A stretch of 63,465 nucleotides of DNA, counting the filler, from Tricharina praecox (taxonomy: Eukaryota), in the NCBI RefSeq assembly GCF_024521635.1. It is 6 parts of 6 records of this genome, joined end to end, with 100 filler letters (N's around TTAATTAATTAA, not from the genome) between each part and the next. Parts side by side here need not be neighbours in the genome. Positions count along the whole stretch, not along the records: positions 16,051 to 28,332 come from NW_026250485.1; positions 28,433 to 39,150 come from NW_026250487.1; 4 more parts are not named here. One strand, given 5' to 3'. Position 1 is the stretch's first letter; each line of letters opens with the position of its first letter. The notes beneath the pieces are model-generated. The model ran no database searches. It saw only the letters and a program-made list of their open reading frames with translations, and was not told the origin of the DNA. Positions 24,447 through 36,727 of the stretch are shown one piece after another. Position numbers and translations under genes: made by a program.

Positions 24447-24653
24447 CTAACGATGCGCGTAAATCCCCCTCGCCATAGCCGGCAGTATCCTCCTCTTTGG
24501 ATTCCGGCGGCAAGGATAGCAGTCAATCGCATGCCGCGTCTCGAGCGGCACCTCAAACGTGTTGCAGTGCAACGGGTACCTGTTCGCGCACGGCTTCTCG
24601 CGCGTGATGTAGGAATCCCCGCATGCGAAGATCTGGAGTTTGTACTGGCACAT
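24447..24653 (-). CDS. Small Cys-rich, putative Zn-binding protein (68 aa), probably the correct reading
   Basis: MCQYKLQIFACGDSYITREKPCANRYPLHCNTFEVPLETRHAIDCYPCRRNPKRR; the MC-x8-CG...C...C...CxxC layout resembles common fungal small Cys proteins. Confidence 0.6.
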   Translation of the reverse strand: MCQYKLQIFACGDSYITREKPCANRYPLHCNTFEVPLETRHAIDCYPCRRNPKRRILPAMARGIYAHR

Positions 24654-27396
24654 TGGGGGGAGTGGGATGTGGGATGTACTTTGGCGGCAAGAAGTAGCGA
24701 GTGACGGTGAAGCGAAGGTGGGGGGGTTGCCGTCGATGCGAGGTGAATAGGACCTAAAAGTGGCTGTCGGTAGCAACTGCAGCTGGAGCTGGGAATCGGA
24801 AGGCTCCTAATCGAAGAGCAGCGGATAGCTTGAATGAGGTGTAACTAAAGCTAGGAAATAGGAAGAGCGACGGATAGTTTTGCTGATGCTCGGTTTCGCA
24901 CGATCGTCGACGATGCGAAGGGTATTCCGGACTGAAATCGGCGGGGGGCCCTCGCCCCAAATATAAGACCCAGTCCCACACACTCTCTCACACATTCACT
25001 CTCTCAATCTCTCACTCACTCGCTCACCTCACTCCTCCTCTCAATAGTAGGCGACGTAGCAAGGGATGAACCAGCCCGCCCGCCCACCTTGGCTCGCACA
25101 CACAAGAACAAAGGACTGGAATCGAAGCCGCGTGTCTGCAGGCCGCCCTCTTGCATTCGATTCCTCTTGCGCCTTGCGTCCGGTTAGTGGCGGGGTGGGT
25201 GGAGGAGGAGGAGGAGGAGGAGGGGGAAATGGTTCCATGTAAGGGGGTGTACCGTAGTAGTTGAAAGTTCACCAGGCTGCGTGCGGGAATGTTTGCCCTA
25301 CTTACTCACTTACTTGCCTCCAGGTACTTGATGGGATGGGAGCGATAAGGATCCGCCATTATGATGTGGTATGTCGATATGCTTAACAGGCTGGATGGGG
25401 GGCTGGATCGCGTGTCGAGTATGCGGGAAGCCGTGAGTCGTGACGGCTTTGCTGAGGCGGAGATATGTACGGACTATATAGTATGGGATTGAGGATGCAA
25501 AAACAAAGGTGGTATGATCGTATGAAGACGCTCAGCTCTTTTGCTGGCCGATCCGGAAGTCTACCGTTAGTAATAGAGTGTGTAAATCTTCCGACGGTCC
25601 GAGTGGAGAATCCGCCCATAGGTATGGACATACATGATACACTGGCGCACCCGTGACGGTGGGTGGCGGTGACGGCATTTGACTCCTCTCCTCTCTCTCC
25701 TCTCCTCTCCTCTCCAGTCCAGTCCAGTCCAGTCCAGTCCACTCCTCTTTCACCCGCGAACGGAAGTGAAGTCAAAGTGCAAGTGCCTCTGATCCATCCA
25801 TCATCTTACCCACGGGGAAGCGGGAATCGCACAACAACTGAATTCTGCACATCGAACCTGTTGGGGGAGATTGGGCCGGATGGTGCCGGTGGTGGCGGTG
25901 GCGCTTTTTCCCTTCTTTTCCTTTTGAATTCTTTTCTTTGTCCGAGCCGGCGTAGGTACATGCTTGGGAAATCTATGAAGGACAATGGACAATGGATATG
26001 ATTCTGACGTTTTCTGATCTATCGCCTTCGGTACATAAGCACTCTACGTGCAGCCGGTTCACTCGCATTCGCATGGCGGGATGGGTTACTACCTGGCAGT
26101 TAGCCAATCCGCTGCACGGCTATCGGAAGTGAAGGAGCGCCGGCAACCTGCACGCTCCCGCGAGACGTCTCATCTTCAGTAATCAGCTCGACGAAGATGC
26201 CGAGATTTACGTACCGTATTGCACTATGGGAAAACATCCGTGGTGGAGTCGTGCTTCTCACGAGTTGCGTGCAGTGCGGTGTTGAGTCGAGAGTTTGTAT
26301 GATACTGTATTACTCTGCTCTACCATGGAGGTGCTTCAAGTCTGACATCCCAGTCCACCCCACCTCTACCTCCACACCACCACCACTTCCACCACCACTT
26401 CCACCACCATTTCCACTCCCCTTCAATCCCCTTCACTCCCATCCACTACTACCACCACCACCACAATCTCCACCTCTTCAAACGCCTGGGAGTTCGATCC
26501 GGGACCGATGCACACGACTACCGGCATAGTTCCGATGCAGGAAATCATCTACCGGTACCTCTGCTCTGCACGGAATCGGGACTGCCAGTAAACAAAGGAA
26601 GAGAAGCGGGCCGCTACCTGCCGTGAAAGAAGCTGGAATACCGGTACATAAAGCGGTGTAGCAGAATCTGTCGCTCTTGCGTCCGAAACCATGTTGTCCA
26701 TCAGCTCTCGCACACAGGAACGAGATGGAGATAGCAGTATCCAACTCTCCAGCGTGCGGGAGACGAAACCACGATGAATATGAACGAACGAAATGGAGAT
26801 ATCCAACTCTCGAGCGTGCTTGAGGCGACCACGAACGAAGAAAGCAACGAACGAACGTCGAAACGACAGAAGCTGGCCCGGATGAATGGACGACCTGGTT
26901 GGTCGGGCGGTTCCTGCATCTAGAGTGCATTCCAGCCAGTTGTTCTGCAGGGAACCGCAACGCGAGCTGCTGCGACAGATAGATTTTTTAATTTTTTTCT
27001 CGTGGTGCTGCTGCTGCCAGCGCATCCTACCTGCCAGGGCCTTGTATCAGAAACTCCCGCGACCTAGACCCCCAGCCGCCCTGCCCTGTGCACGCAGATG
27101 CAGATGGGCGCCGTCGCCAGTGACCAACGAATATGCTTAAAACCCCACCTACAGAACTGCCTAGCGACGTGCTGAGGATCTAACAGCGAGTAGGAGCGCG
27201 CATACGTGATGCACAGCCTTCTGGGGGAAAGGACGCCCCCTCCCCCCCCCCGCCGAAAAGACCTGTTTAAATGTCTGGCGCTGAGGCAATGGGTGGAACG
27301 CTGAACAAGAGACCGTGGGAAAGTTAAAGTCCTTCACATCCATCACGACGTCCCACAATCACCCCTCCCCTGCCTACACACTCGAACTCGCCCTCA

Positions 27397-28332
27397 ATGT
27401 TCGCCCGCGCAGTCACCCATCAATGCGTATCGATACCACGGCTTCTTGCAGTCCTTGCGGTCGTGCTCGCCCTACATGCCACCCTCGTCTCGGCCCACAT
27501 GGCGATGGCGGATCCGCCAGCCCTGCGGTACAAGTCGAATCCCTACAAGGTTGCCGAAGATTACGATTACCTCTCGCCGCTGTCGCCGTCGGGCAGCAAC
27601 TACCCCTGCAAGGGCTACCATGAGGATCTCGGGACACCCGGCGGAAAGTCCGTCGCGACCTACAGTCCCGGGGGGAGCTAAAAATCCGGTGAGTTGACAC
27701 CCATGGCTAGTTACCACGCGATGGTACTCTGATGTGCTGGAAACAGGCTCGATGGTTCGGCGACATCTCATTCGGCGGCTCGTGCCAGCTGTCGTTCTCG
27801 TTCGACGGAGGAAATTCTTGGCAGGTCATCAAGTCATTCGTCGGTGGGTGCGTGAAACCGGACCAGGGAAGTGATCAGTCGTTCTCATTTACGGTGCCGA
27901 AGGGGACGCCTGGCGGGGGAAGCGCTGCTAGCATGGTAAACCTTCCCCCGAACCTCCCACCACCGCGCTTTCCGCCTCCTTCTAACGCTTGCCATTCTCT
28001 CCCAGGACGTGGTTAACAACCCAAGGCAACCGCGAAATCTACATGAACTGCGCGGTAGTGACCATCTCCGGCGGCAAGCGCAAGCTGATGGCGCGCGAGG
28101 AATTCAACGTACTCCCGTCAATGCTCAAGAAGCGCGCACTGGGGCCCCAAGTCTTCCTCGCAAACCTGGGCAACGGCTGCACCACGCAGGCCGGTGCCGA
28201 CGTTGAGTTCCCAGACCCGGGGAACAACGTGGAGCGCGGAGGCGCGGGGGATACTGCCGCGCCCGTGGGGGATTGTGGGAAGGTGGTGGTCACGGAGGGG
28301 CTGGAGGCACCGGCGGCGGCACCGGAGGCGGG
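27397..28332 (+). pseudogene. Mirror copy of the AA11 LPMO gene with frameshifts, truncated by the contig end
   Basis: Identical first ~94 aa; a premature TAA at 27679-27681 and further indels (ACATCTCATTCGG vs ACACATCTCGG). May be consensus error rather than a true pseudogene. Confidence 0.75.
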
Positions 28333-28432
28333 NNNNNNNNNNNNNNNNNNNNNNNNNNNNNNNNNNNNNNNNNNNNTTAATTAATTAANNNNNNNNNNNN
28401 NNNNNNNNNNNNNNNNNNNNNNNNNNNNNNNN
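28333..28432. other. Artificial contig spacer
   Basis: N44-TTAATTAATTAA-N44. Confidence 0.97.
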
Positions 28433-30635
28433 GATGAGCTGTTAGTGATCTGGGTTGTCGTCGATGCTTGCTATTTTCGTTATGCGGGGGAACGGGATAT
28501 GAAGGAGGAGAAGACGACTATATAGGGTGTTGATAATGCGTTTGAACAACGAGGACGCCATAGAGGCGAAGGTACATTGACTGACAGCCCATGAGAAATA
28601 TGGAGACTGAGGACCGAGGACTTCAATAAGGGGTAGCTACATGGCCTGATGACCGTGAGAAAAAGTGAAGAATGAGGGGTTGGGAGATGGGTTGCGGTAT
28701 GTAGTGAAGAGAGAGGGAGAGTCGAGAGTAAAAGAGAATGAGGGGCGGGGGAACGGTCTCTTATACCCTGACGGACCATCGGGCATTAGACTATAGTCAC
28801 GTCATCGCCGGTTTGCAGTTAACACTCAGTGCACCACCTAGACATCAGATCCGCGCCGATGGTCTGCCAGGCTCAGCATCGAGGCCCACGTCAAGACACC
28901 GTTCGAGCCAACGTGAGAGCAGCGACTCCTGAACGAACCTCGGTAGCAAAGCAACAGGGTACTAATTTATTGCTGGGTGAGACGGAAGCCGCTCAAATGC
29001 AAGGCTTGATGCTTGCATTGAAGGCTACCGATCGACACATCGAGAGCGTGCAGCACGAATTGGGAGGGAGAGGTCGGAAAGAAGAGGACGATGTTGCGGT
29101 GATGCTGACCAGAGAGAGAAAGATAATGCCGTTTTGCAGCGCGAAGCCCTGGCAGACCCTTGCATGATGCTCTCCTGCAGCAGACAGCCGGCCTGGAGGG
29201 CCACACTCACCGAAGGCAACCCTTGCAACACCGATCACCCTCCTTCTCCCACATCCCACCAGATCGCAGATGATATGCTGGCAATCGTCCTGGCCTGCGG
29301 TTAAGCCTCGCAAATCGGATGGATCACGACAGAGCACAGACCTGGCAGCGCAGACTTACAAGGAAGATGAGAAGAGGACAAAGGTTGGCGAAAATACTGG
29401 CTGACGTTAAACAGGTCGAACACGGTCAGCTAGACAGAAACAACACTCGGTGCGTCGCATGCGGGGCGACTCTAGACAGTTGCGTTACTAGAGCCGCAGG
29501 AGTCCCATGCTGCCCATCGTATTTCGGCCAAACGCGAGGACAGGCATGGCGACACCCTCGGCGCATCGAAGGCAACCTTTCATGAACCCACTCGATCGGT
29601 GCGCGTGGGACTGGCTGAGCATGATCTTGCCACAGGACGCACCGATCGATCTTGTCTACGGTGTCGGAGGAGTTCAAAATAAATGTGGTCCATCAGGCAT
29701 TGCCACCTAAACGTCATATTCACGATGCATAGACCCAGATGTAGTTAGCTTTCGCTCTACTAGGAATGACGGTTTCGCTTTTTCTAAGTATATTCTTTCT
29801 TCCTGGAACATCGTAATGTTTTTTTCAAGGCAGGCACCCGAATCATGCGGACGCCGGTCTGACGACGCAGACATTCTAGCGTCCAATGGGCGGCCGAGTC
29901 AGTAGTCGCAGGCTTGTGCCATCCGTCACCCTAAGTTCTATCCCATAGCTGCAGAATGCAGACACCCACAGATACGCGTTGCTGCGAATGACGTAAAACC
30001 CCGATGGACATGCGGTCATCCATAATCTGTAGCAGAGAGTATGCTCGTGTTGATGAGCTAGTAAGCAGTGCAAAAGGGTGAGGCCAACGTGCACGTGCAG
30101 CGTTAGTACATCGGTGGTGAAATATGTGCACCTAGTCTATTAACTGTTTTACGTGTAGTGGCGGACGGAAATCATATTTGCACTGGTAAGGAGTATGTGT
30201 CGGGGCCCACTAAAAATCCTCGGGCTCACTCGAGCTCTGTTCCCAGAACTGAGGAGACTCGCTCATGCAGGACGGCAGGAATAATTCCGGACACTGCAGT
30301 GGAATTTTGCCTTCAAGCTCCGAGTACGTTCTCCAACGTCCCGCCTTGAGTACCATTGCAGTATAAAATAAGCCTCGGATATGAGAGTAGAGAAGCTGTC
30401 AGTAGCTATTTGAGATGTAGCGTTCTTATTAATGATTCGTCAATTTTAGAAACTCGGTTCTCATTGTGATCACTCGCAGCATGCACCGCATGGCGGATCA
30501 CTCGGTTCCTCGCACCATGACAAATTCGTAAAAACACGGTGCATTAACAGCCGGAAGAGGCTTCTGTGATTTAACAAGTGGATGTAGCGGGGAATGTATT
30601 CCGGTTCTGCAACTACCCAGTCTAACTGCGGCCCC

Positions 30636-30703
30636 GGAGCAACCGGGTTGTGGGAGCAACCGGGTTGTGGGAGCAACCGGGTTGGGGCTAGGGTTAGGGT
30701 TGG
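30636..30703. repeat. Three 17-bp tandem units (GGAGCAACCGGGTTGTG) followed by telomere-like CTAGGGTTAGGGTT
   Basis: Directly visible; each unit contains the palindrome CAACC-N-GGTTG. Confidence 0.85.
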
Positions 30704-33171
30704 TGTCGAAGAACCCGCAACCAGGCCGCTGAGTGCGGACAGGAGTAAATTGTTGAACCTCACGGAATGATCTCCGGACCACCCGGAGAATGAATTTAGA
30801 CACAGGTGTATGTAAGCTACATTTGTGTCAAGGCATCTGTCCGCCGGATCGTTGAACCTGCGGTAACAGAGCATAAGGTACTTAGTCGTCCGTATGGCAC
30901 AGATGCGTTGATAGTTCCCCTAGCGCCAGCTCAGCAGCAACCTCTCCGATGTTCTGGTACCACACCCGTGAGAAATAGCGGGATTACCTAATATTAGGGA
31001 CGAAAGCTCCCATTCGTGATGCTAGTTTTTGTAGTGAACTGTGGTCTTCATGCAAGCGGATCGCACAACGCAGTAGCATTCTACGAAGTGATATGGCCCT
31101 TCGAAGTTTTTTGTAATGGAATAGACCTCGCATTTGTCCAAACGACTTTTCCTTCAGCGCATCGCCACTTGACACCTTGGTGCTGGCGAGGGCTGATACA
31201 TCCGGAGAATACCAAAGTTTGGAACGCGTTCTCTCCATGTTTGGAGAAATCCTCTTCAGTCTCTAGCACCTCCTCTGCTTCCTATTACTCGTCATCATGC
31301 CTATCTTGATTCCCGGCCCCGTCTCGTCGGTAACGAAATGATATTTCCCAGGCGAATACAGCGCTGTAGTGAAAACATAGCAATACGAGGATGGAAAGAC
31401 TTGATTTTTATCCTACTTTCTGCAGCAGTAGATCATCTATATACACATACTATCTAAACTCACTGGCGACTAACAGAGCCCAGGGCAACCAAATATATCC
31501 AGTTCTGTCCACATTACATCGTGAGGGGCATCTCTTGACCGTCAGCCTGGCAACAAAAGGGACAGCCGTTACGTGTCTCATTGGCAGCGCGAGGAAAGTT
31601 CGTAGGCGGATGCAGTACTGCATCCATGGCAGCTAGAGGGCAGTTCTGAGTTACATCACCTGCTGAGTCCATAGCAGCAGGAGGGGCATCTCCCAAGCAG
31701 CGATAGGGGAATCTTCAAGGCCAATCTAGTGCTAGGTCCCTGACAGCGAATGCAGTAGTGAGTCCCTGGCAGTCAGAGGGCAATTCCCAGGCCAATACAA
31801 CCGATGGCAGCGAGAAGGCACCTGTTAGCCGAATGCAGTGCTGTATTCATGGTACCTAGGGGGTAATTGCAAGGCGCGTCGTAGGATGACAGGGCATACG
31901 GGCGGTGTCCGCTGACGACAGAGCATATGGAGCGGAGGTAGAGGCGTCAGGAGAAGTAGTGGTAGACGTTATACGGTAGGGTGAGTGGATGGAGAAGATG
32001 ACGAGCGACAAGAAGCAGTATCTGGGATTCTGGGGAAAAACTAGTGTCAGCGGTGGTTCCAGCCGCGCAGTCATCACAGCGCCTGAAGACGTAGCCAGAC
32101 AAGGTATTCGCGGTCAGACGGGCGCAACGCGCAGACTATCTCCGCGGTAGAACGAGCAGGGCAGAGAGACACGATAGGTGCGGGGCGAGCGGGGAGGCGG
32201 GGAGGCGGGGCACGCGGGGCACGCGGGGCGAGCACCGGCAGAGGGAGGACGCATTCGTTGTCCTACCAGCGGCGTATCAGTTCGTTCTATACTTTATCCA
32301 ACTCGTTGGGTGACGTTAGCATGGGCGGTACAAAGCTGAACAGCCAACTATCCTAAGGTGGCGAGAAACCTGTTCATCTCTCACATATCGTATTACAGCA
32401 CGACGAGGACCTCGACGAGTTCAGGGCGCTGATGAGATGTGGTCACCGATAGGTTGAGGGGAAACGGAAGCGTTAACGGCAGGGAGAAGTTGAAGGCAGC
32501 GTCGATTTGAGACACCACGTCGAGAGCGGGAATGGTTTAGGGAGCACGTCAAGGGCAAGGAATATTCAAGGAACGGAGGGTTGAGGCTCCGGATACGTGG
32601 CGGGAGTGGCGTAGTCAAGGCCGCGGCAGAGCCGACGCAGCGGGCGTCGTGTATGAACTGACATGGCGGATATTGCATTACGTATGATGTATTCCACCTG
32701 CAAGCAATGCATGGAATGTTCCAACTTCCCTGCTGATGTAATGCCCACGGAAGATCAAATAGGGTAGGGCGAAAAGCCTTCCTACCGTTCTTTACGGTAT
32801 CATCACACTAATAGTAGACGTCGTAGCCCTACGACAATACGCCATCAATTACGGACTTAAAGTGGAGGATTTATCTTTGCTGACGAGTAATTCTAACTCA
32901 GTAATTCAGCGCGACGCTGACGGCTATTCACACAGAGTATGAGCATTCGTCCTGGGATAGTGAAATATCGAATGTGCGGGACCGTTATGTCATTCCGTCA
33001 TGTCCTTTGAGCCACATTCAGCTGGGTTTCTGTTACGTACACCGGGAGAGTCGAAGTAAGAAGGAGTAGCGACTATCGGTGTTGTTGTCGGGTTCTCAAA
33101 CCCGGGTATCTAGTGCTTTAGCTAATGGACAATGAGGATACAGGCGTTGCTGAGACAGGACGAAGGTTGTA

Positions 33172-33813
33172 TCACAGCGCCGCCTCCCTTTCTAACCGCT
33201 TCTTGATCTCGACCTTTGATTCCTTGTGAAGTGCCTCCTTAACTCTGCCCGCCTCCGCCTCCTCCTCCGCCTCCCGCTCCCTCTGCCTCGCCCTCACCAA
33301 CCGATTCACCTACTCGTCCTCGTCGTCCAAATCACGCCCCTCGCGGATCCGGGCCGCGCGTTAGTGCTGCAAGATGCAGTTCTGCAGGCGGGCCTCGTTC
33401 ACACGAAACTCTCACTGCTCCAGAGTCTCGTCCTCCTTGCGCCTCGGCAAGGAGGTGAGGGGCTTGACCTTGATCTTGGCTCCCTTGTGCACCTCTACCA
33501 ACGGGCCGTTCCCGAAATGCCTTCCACAACAGTGGTGTTGTTCCGATTGCCGGCCGTGATCAGAGGCGCGGCGGCGGCTGCAGACGCATCCTCTATGAAG
33601 CGTACGATATCACAATCAAGCTTGGGAGTCTCCAGAAATCTCCGCTCTGCATCTTGCTCAGCCAGCAACGACTTCAAGGCCGGAGCGGGAGGGGTATCTA
33701 CAGCTTCTGTGGATGTTAGCGTGCCCCACGTTTGTTTGAAAAGGCTGCTACATACCGTGGTCCGTCATACCTTTCGGCTTCGGGGCGTTCCTTGTACCCT
33801 GTGGTGATGCCAT
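33172..33813 (-). pseudogene. Intron-containing pseudogene of a charged/coiled-coil protein
   Basis: ATG 33813 MASPQGTRNAPKPK; intron 33770-33707 (GTATGA...GCTAAC...CAG). After a frameshift the frame reads VEVHKGAKIKVKPLTSLPRRKEDETLEQ*EFRVNEARLQNCILQH*RAARIREGRDLDDEDE*VNRLVRARQREREAEEEAE, with stops at 33412, 33361 and 33310. Confidence 0.6.
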
Positions 33814-36061
33814 GATGCGCGGCTTTGAAAACGGTATTTAGAAGAAAGAAGGAGGTCAAGGCGTGTAGTAGTGTTGTGACGAGTGCAGGAAGAAGTCAAA
33901 AGGATGTCTGAGTCTGGTGTGGCGTGGTGAAGACAGAAGGAACAGGAGAGAAGGAAGAAGGAAAGCTACTGGTTTACTCTCCGTTGTTGCGAGAAACGCC
34001 ACTTCTTAAGTAAGTACTTACCCCATCATCGAAAATCGTTTCATGAGATCTTATTCGACCTCCAAGGCAGAACTATACTAGAAAGAAATCACTGGTTTTT
34101 CCATGTCACGCGCGAGAGAAAAGAAGCACATATTGCCAGTCCCAAAAACGCATCTTTATCTTACCCTCGCACCCCATCTATCCCCTGCCATCCAACTCTC
34201 CCTCCCGTCTGGACTATCCCCTCCCTTCCAAGCATCCAAGATCTCTCCATCCTTCACGTTGATCAACCTCGAAAAGCATCACGAGGACGCTTACCCGACG
34301 AGCTTGACGCTCGCGCACAGGAAGCAGCGAGGACAAAAGCACTTTTTGCCGTCGGGAGTCTTCTCGCCGGAGTAAAGGACACAGCTCCTGTGGATGCAGC
34401 TGTGACTCCAGAAGCAGGGTAACGTTTCGATTCGTGGGGTTAGATAGGGTTATAATCTTGGGCTAGGTATTTGCTGTTTGACCCGTGTGAAAACTAGGTG
34501 GAATCCAATATAGAAGGTCACCAGTCTGGACAAGTTAGGCAGGTTTGGGAGCGTCATCAGCATTAAGATCGTCTTCAATGTATCCGTTTTGTCGCCATCG
34601 GCCTTGCGTGAGCCGCGCGACGGATTATAACAGTTGTCAAGAATCTTCCTGGACGGAAAACACCCCCGCGTCGCCTAGTGGTCACGCACACGGTGCAGTC
34701 AGAGTAAAAACCGGTTCCCCTATCGGGGTTTCCAAGCGACACACCAGTGGTGATGAAGGTTTTTGGTTCGTCCCAGGGTGCTCTTTTTGTTTTTTTTCCT
34801 CAGTAAGTTCCTGCGACGTGGGCAGATCATGGCAATTCCTTCTAGGCCCCGGCGCCGCTCATCACTCCGTCAAGCGATGGCACATGAAGAGGATTATCAC
34901 GAGATCTTCACCGTGTTTTCTACCTGGGCTACCTCCTCGCCCACTAGGAGTACAGCAGCTGTAGCTACTGCAGCCTATCGTCTCCTTCTAACTTTACATC
35001 TACACCTTAGACGTCGCAGGTCGGCTCACAGGTGCCGGCACTGTGTAATCACGGAAGACCCAGCCAGCGCAGACGAAGAAACCCCACCCAGCACCTATTT
35101 AATCACCACAACCCCACAGATCAGTGTATTATCCATGTCCCAGAAAGTGCAAAGCTAATTCTCTACACTCGTGAGTAGTACGGATACAGCTGAGGCCCGT
35201 ATTTGAGCTTAATAGTCCGTGGAGTTGGCAGGCAATCTCTCCGGGTCCCCTCTCTCTCTTCCGCCACCCTTTCATAGATAGGCTGACATGAGAGGCAGTG
35301 AGTTAGACGGGTTCATGCTGGGGAGAAACGCTTTGAGATGGGTGGCAAGAGGTTTCATCAGCTACCAGGGAAGGTAGAAGAACCGGGTCAAGACAGAAGT
35401 GTTGTCACTTTCTTATCATATCTCCGTACAATTTCTGTCATATATCTCTTCCTTATTTCCCTATTTTTCCCATTGTCACTGGCACTGTCCATGTCTCTTG
35501 ATACGATCGGCGGTCTCGTTATCCGAAACTCGTACCGCGCCCCTCCGCTGGAGCGGTTTTAGCAGTAGGGACGGAACGAGTAGTTAATACCTAGTCTGTC
35601 CGAATACTAGACGTTCGAAGATGACGATGTCCCTAGCGCGTTCTGGCGGGGTATCCGAGCACGGAAGACCAACCTTCAGAAGGGATCGATGAGAGATTTT
35701 CTACTCTCAGGGCGTTCAGCCCTTCAAACCTCATCAATAATAAGGTGACCTCCAACTGTTGATAGTGCGCCAGTCCGAACGGATCTAAATAGCGGGCTCG
35801 CATTTGCGGGTGCAAGACCGCAATGTTAGAAGGATGCGTGGTGGATATCACTGGAACGATGGAGACGGGGTTAAGTGATGTATTGTAGTTTAGGCGCAAC
35901 CGCTGCGAAAGACAGAGATACAGAAAAATTAACAGAACATCGACCAGCTACCGCACCGAGTTTTTTTCCCGCAGGTCCTCCGACTGGCTAGTGGACTACT
36001 CACAGGAACAGACTCGTTCTCACACCCATGGCCTCTCAGCCTCATTCAACTTTTGCGATGA

Positions 36062-36727
36062 CTATCGCAACATCGTCGAGCCCCGCGGGGCTATGCGGTA
36101 GTCCGAGTAATCGCCGTTCTCGCTTTCGTCGTCGCGTCCAGTCAGCGTTGCGGTCTTATTAGGGTTGAAATTCCCGAGAGTATTTACCTTGCATTTGATT
36201 TCCTTTGCATAGTAGTCCACAGTCTTTTGGCCGGAGATCTTCTCAAAATCGAACTGCCAAACCAGGAATTTTCCATCCTGGCTCTTGGAGGTATACGCAT
36301 CAACGACCTTGTAAAGGCCGTTGTAGCGGTATCCAGTCTCCGGCCTCAACGGGTTCTTGCACTCGCGAATTCCGCGTATAGGATTTCCCGTCTGGAAGCT
36401 CTCGTGCAGGCCAGCATTGCCACGGACGACATATTGGTCCTTACTCTGCGTGGCCGTGCGCAAGTTCTTCCGTTTTAAGTCGCGGCCACCCGCACCGGTG
36501 TACGTAAATTTGTCACCATCATCGAGATCCTCCGGGTATCCGGCGGATAGGACAACAGAGTACGCCCCAAAGATTCCGCCGACTAGAGGAGGATGGAATC
36601 CGGCCACAAATTGCCGGTGCGATGTTTCGCACCGACAAAACACCCTGCGGGGCAATGTGGCATCGCGAAACATCACACGGGGCCAATGCCACTTTTTGCG
36701 GCTGCTTGGCCGTGCGAATAATCGCAA
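36062..36727 (-). CDS. SRA-YDG (5-methylcytosine reader, UHRF1-like) domain ORF; N-terminus degenerate, possibly a pseudogene
   Basis: HPPLVGGIFGAYSVVLSAGYPEDLDDGDKFTYTGAGGRDL...NLRTATQSKDQ...GNAGL..S...GNPIRGIR...PETGYRYNGLYKV matches the SRA consensus, with YDG changed to YNG. The usual FG-IPG-VG N-terminal strand is not recognisable. Confidence 0.85.
   Translation of the reverse strand: MRLFARPSSRKKWHWPRVMFRDATLPRRVFCRCETSHRQFVAGFHPPLVGGIFGAYSVVLSAGYPEDLDDGDKFTYTGAGGRDLKRKNLRTATQSKDQYVVRGNAGLHESFQTGNPIRGIRECKNPLRPETGYRYNGLYKVVDAYTSKSQDGKFLVWQFDFEKISGQKTVDYYAKEIKCKVNTLGNFNPNKTATLTGRDDESENGDYSDYRIAPRGSTMLR

Larger units (their letters stand above)
17837..28332. repeat. Giant inverted duplication (fold-back palindrome): arms ~17837-23078 and ~23098-28332, 19-nt loop
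   Basis: ORF-track proteins are mirrored (e.g. 19642..19974- = 26197..26529+; 21190..21417+ = 24754..24981-). Arms differ mainly by 1-2-bp indels. The right arm ends at the contig break. Confidence 0.97.

Noticed and set aside
27397..28332. A genuine diverged AA11 paralogue
   Set aside because: Differences are nearly all 1-2-bp indels inside a mirror arm, typical of consensus error and not paralogue evolution.
28829..29710. Possible LINE ORF1 or transposase remnant
   Set aside because: Protein-like fragments but no diagnostic motif I can identify.
33226..33807. 193-aa Leu-rich plus-strand ORF
   Set aside because: Antisense shadow of the Glu/Arg-rich minus-strand pseudogene.
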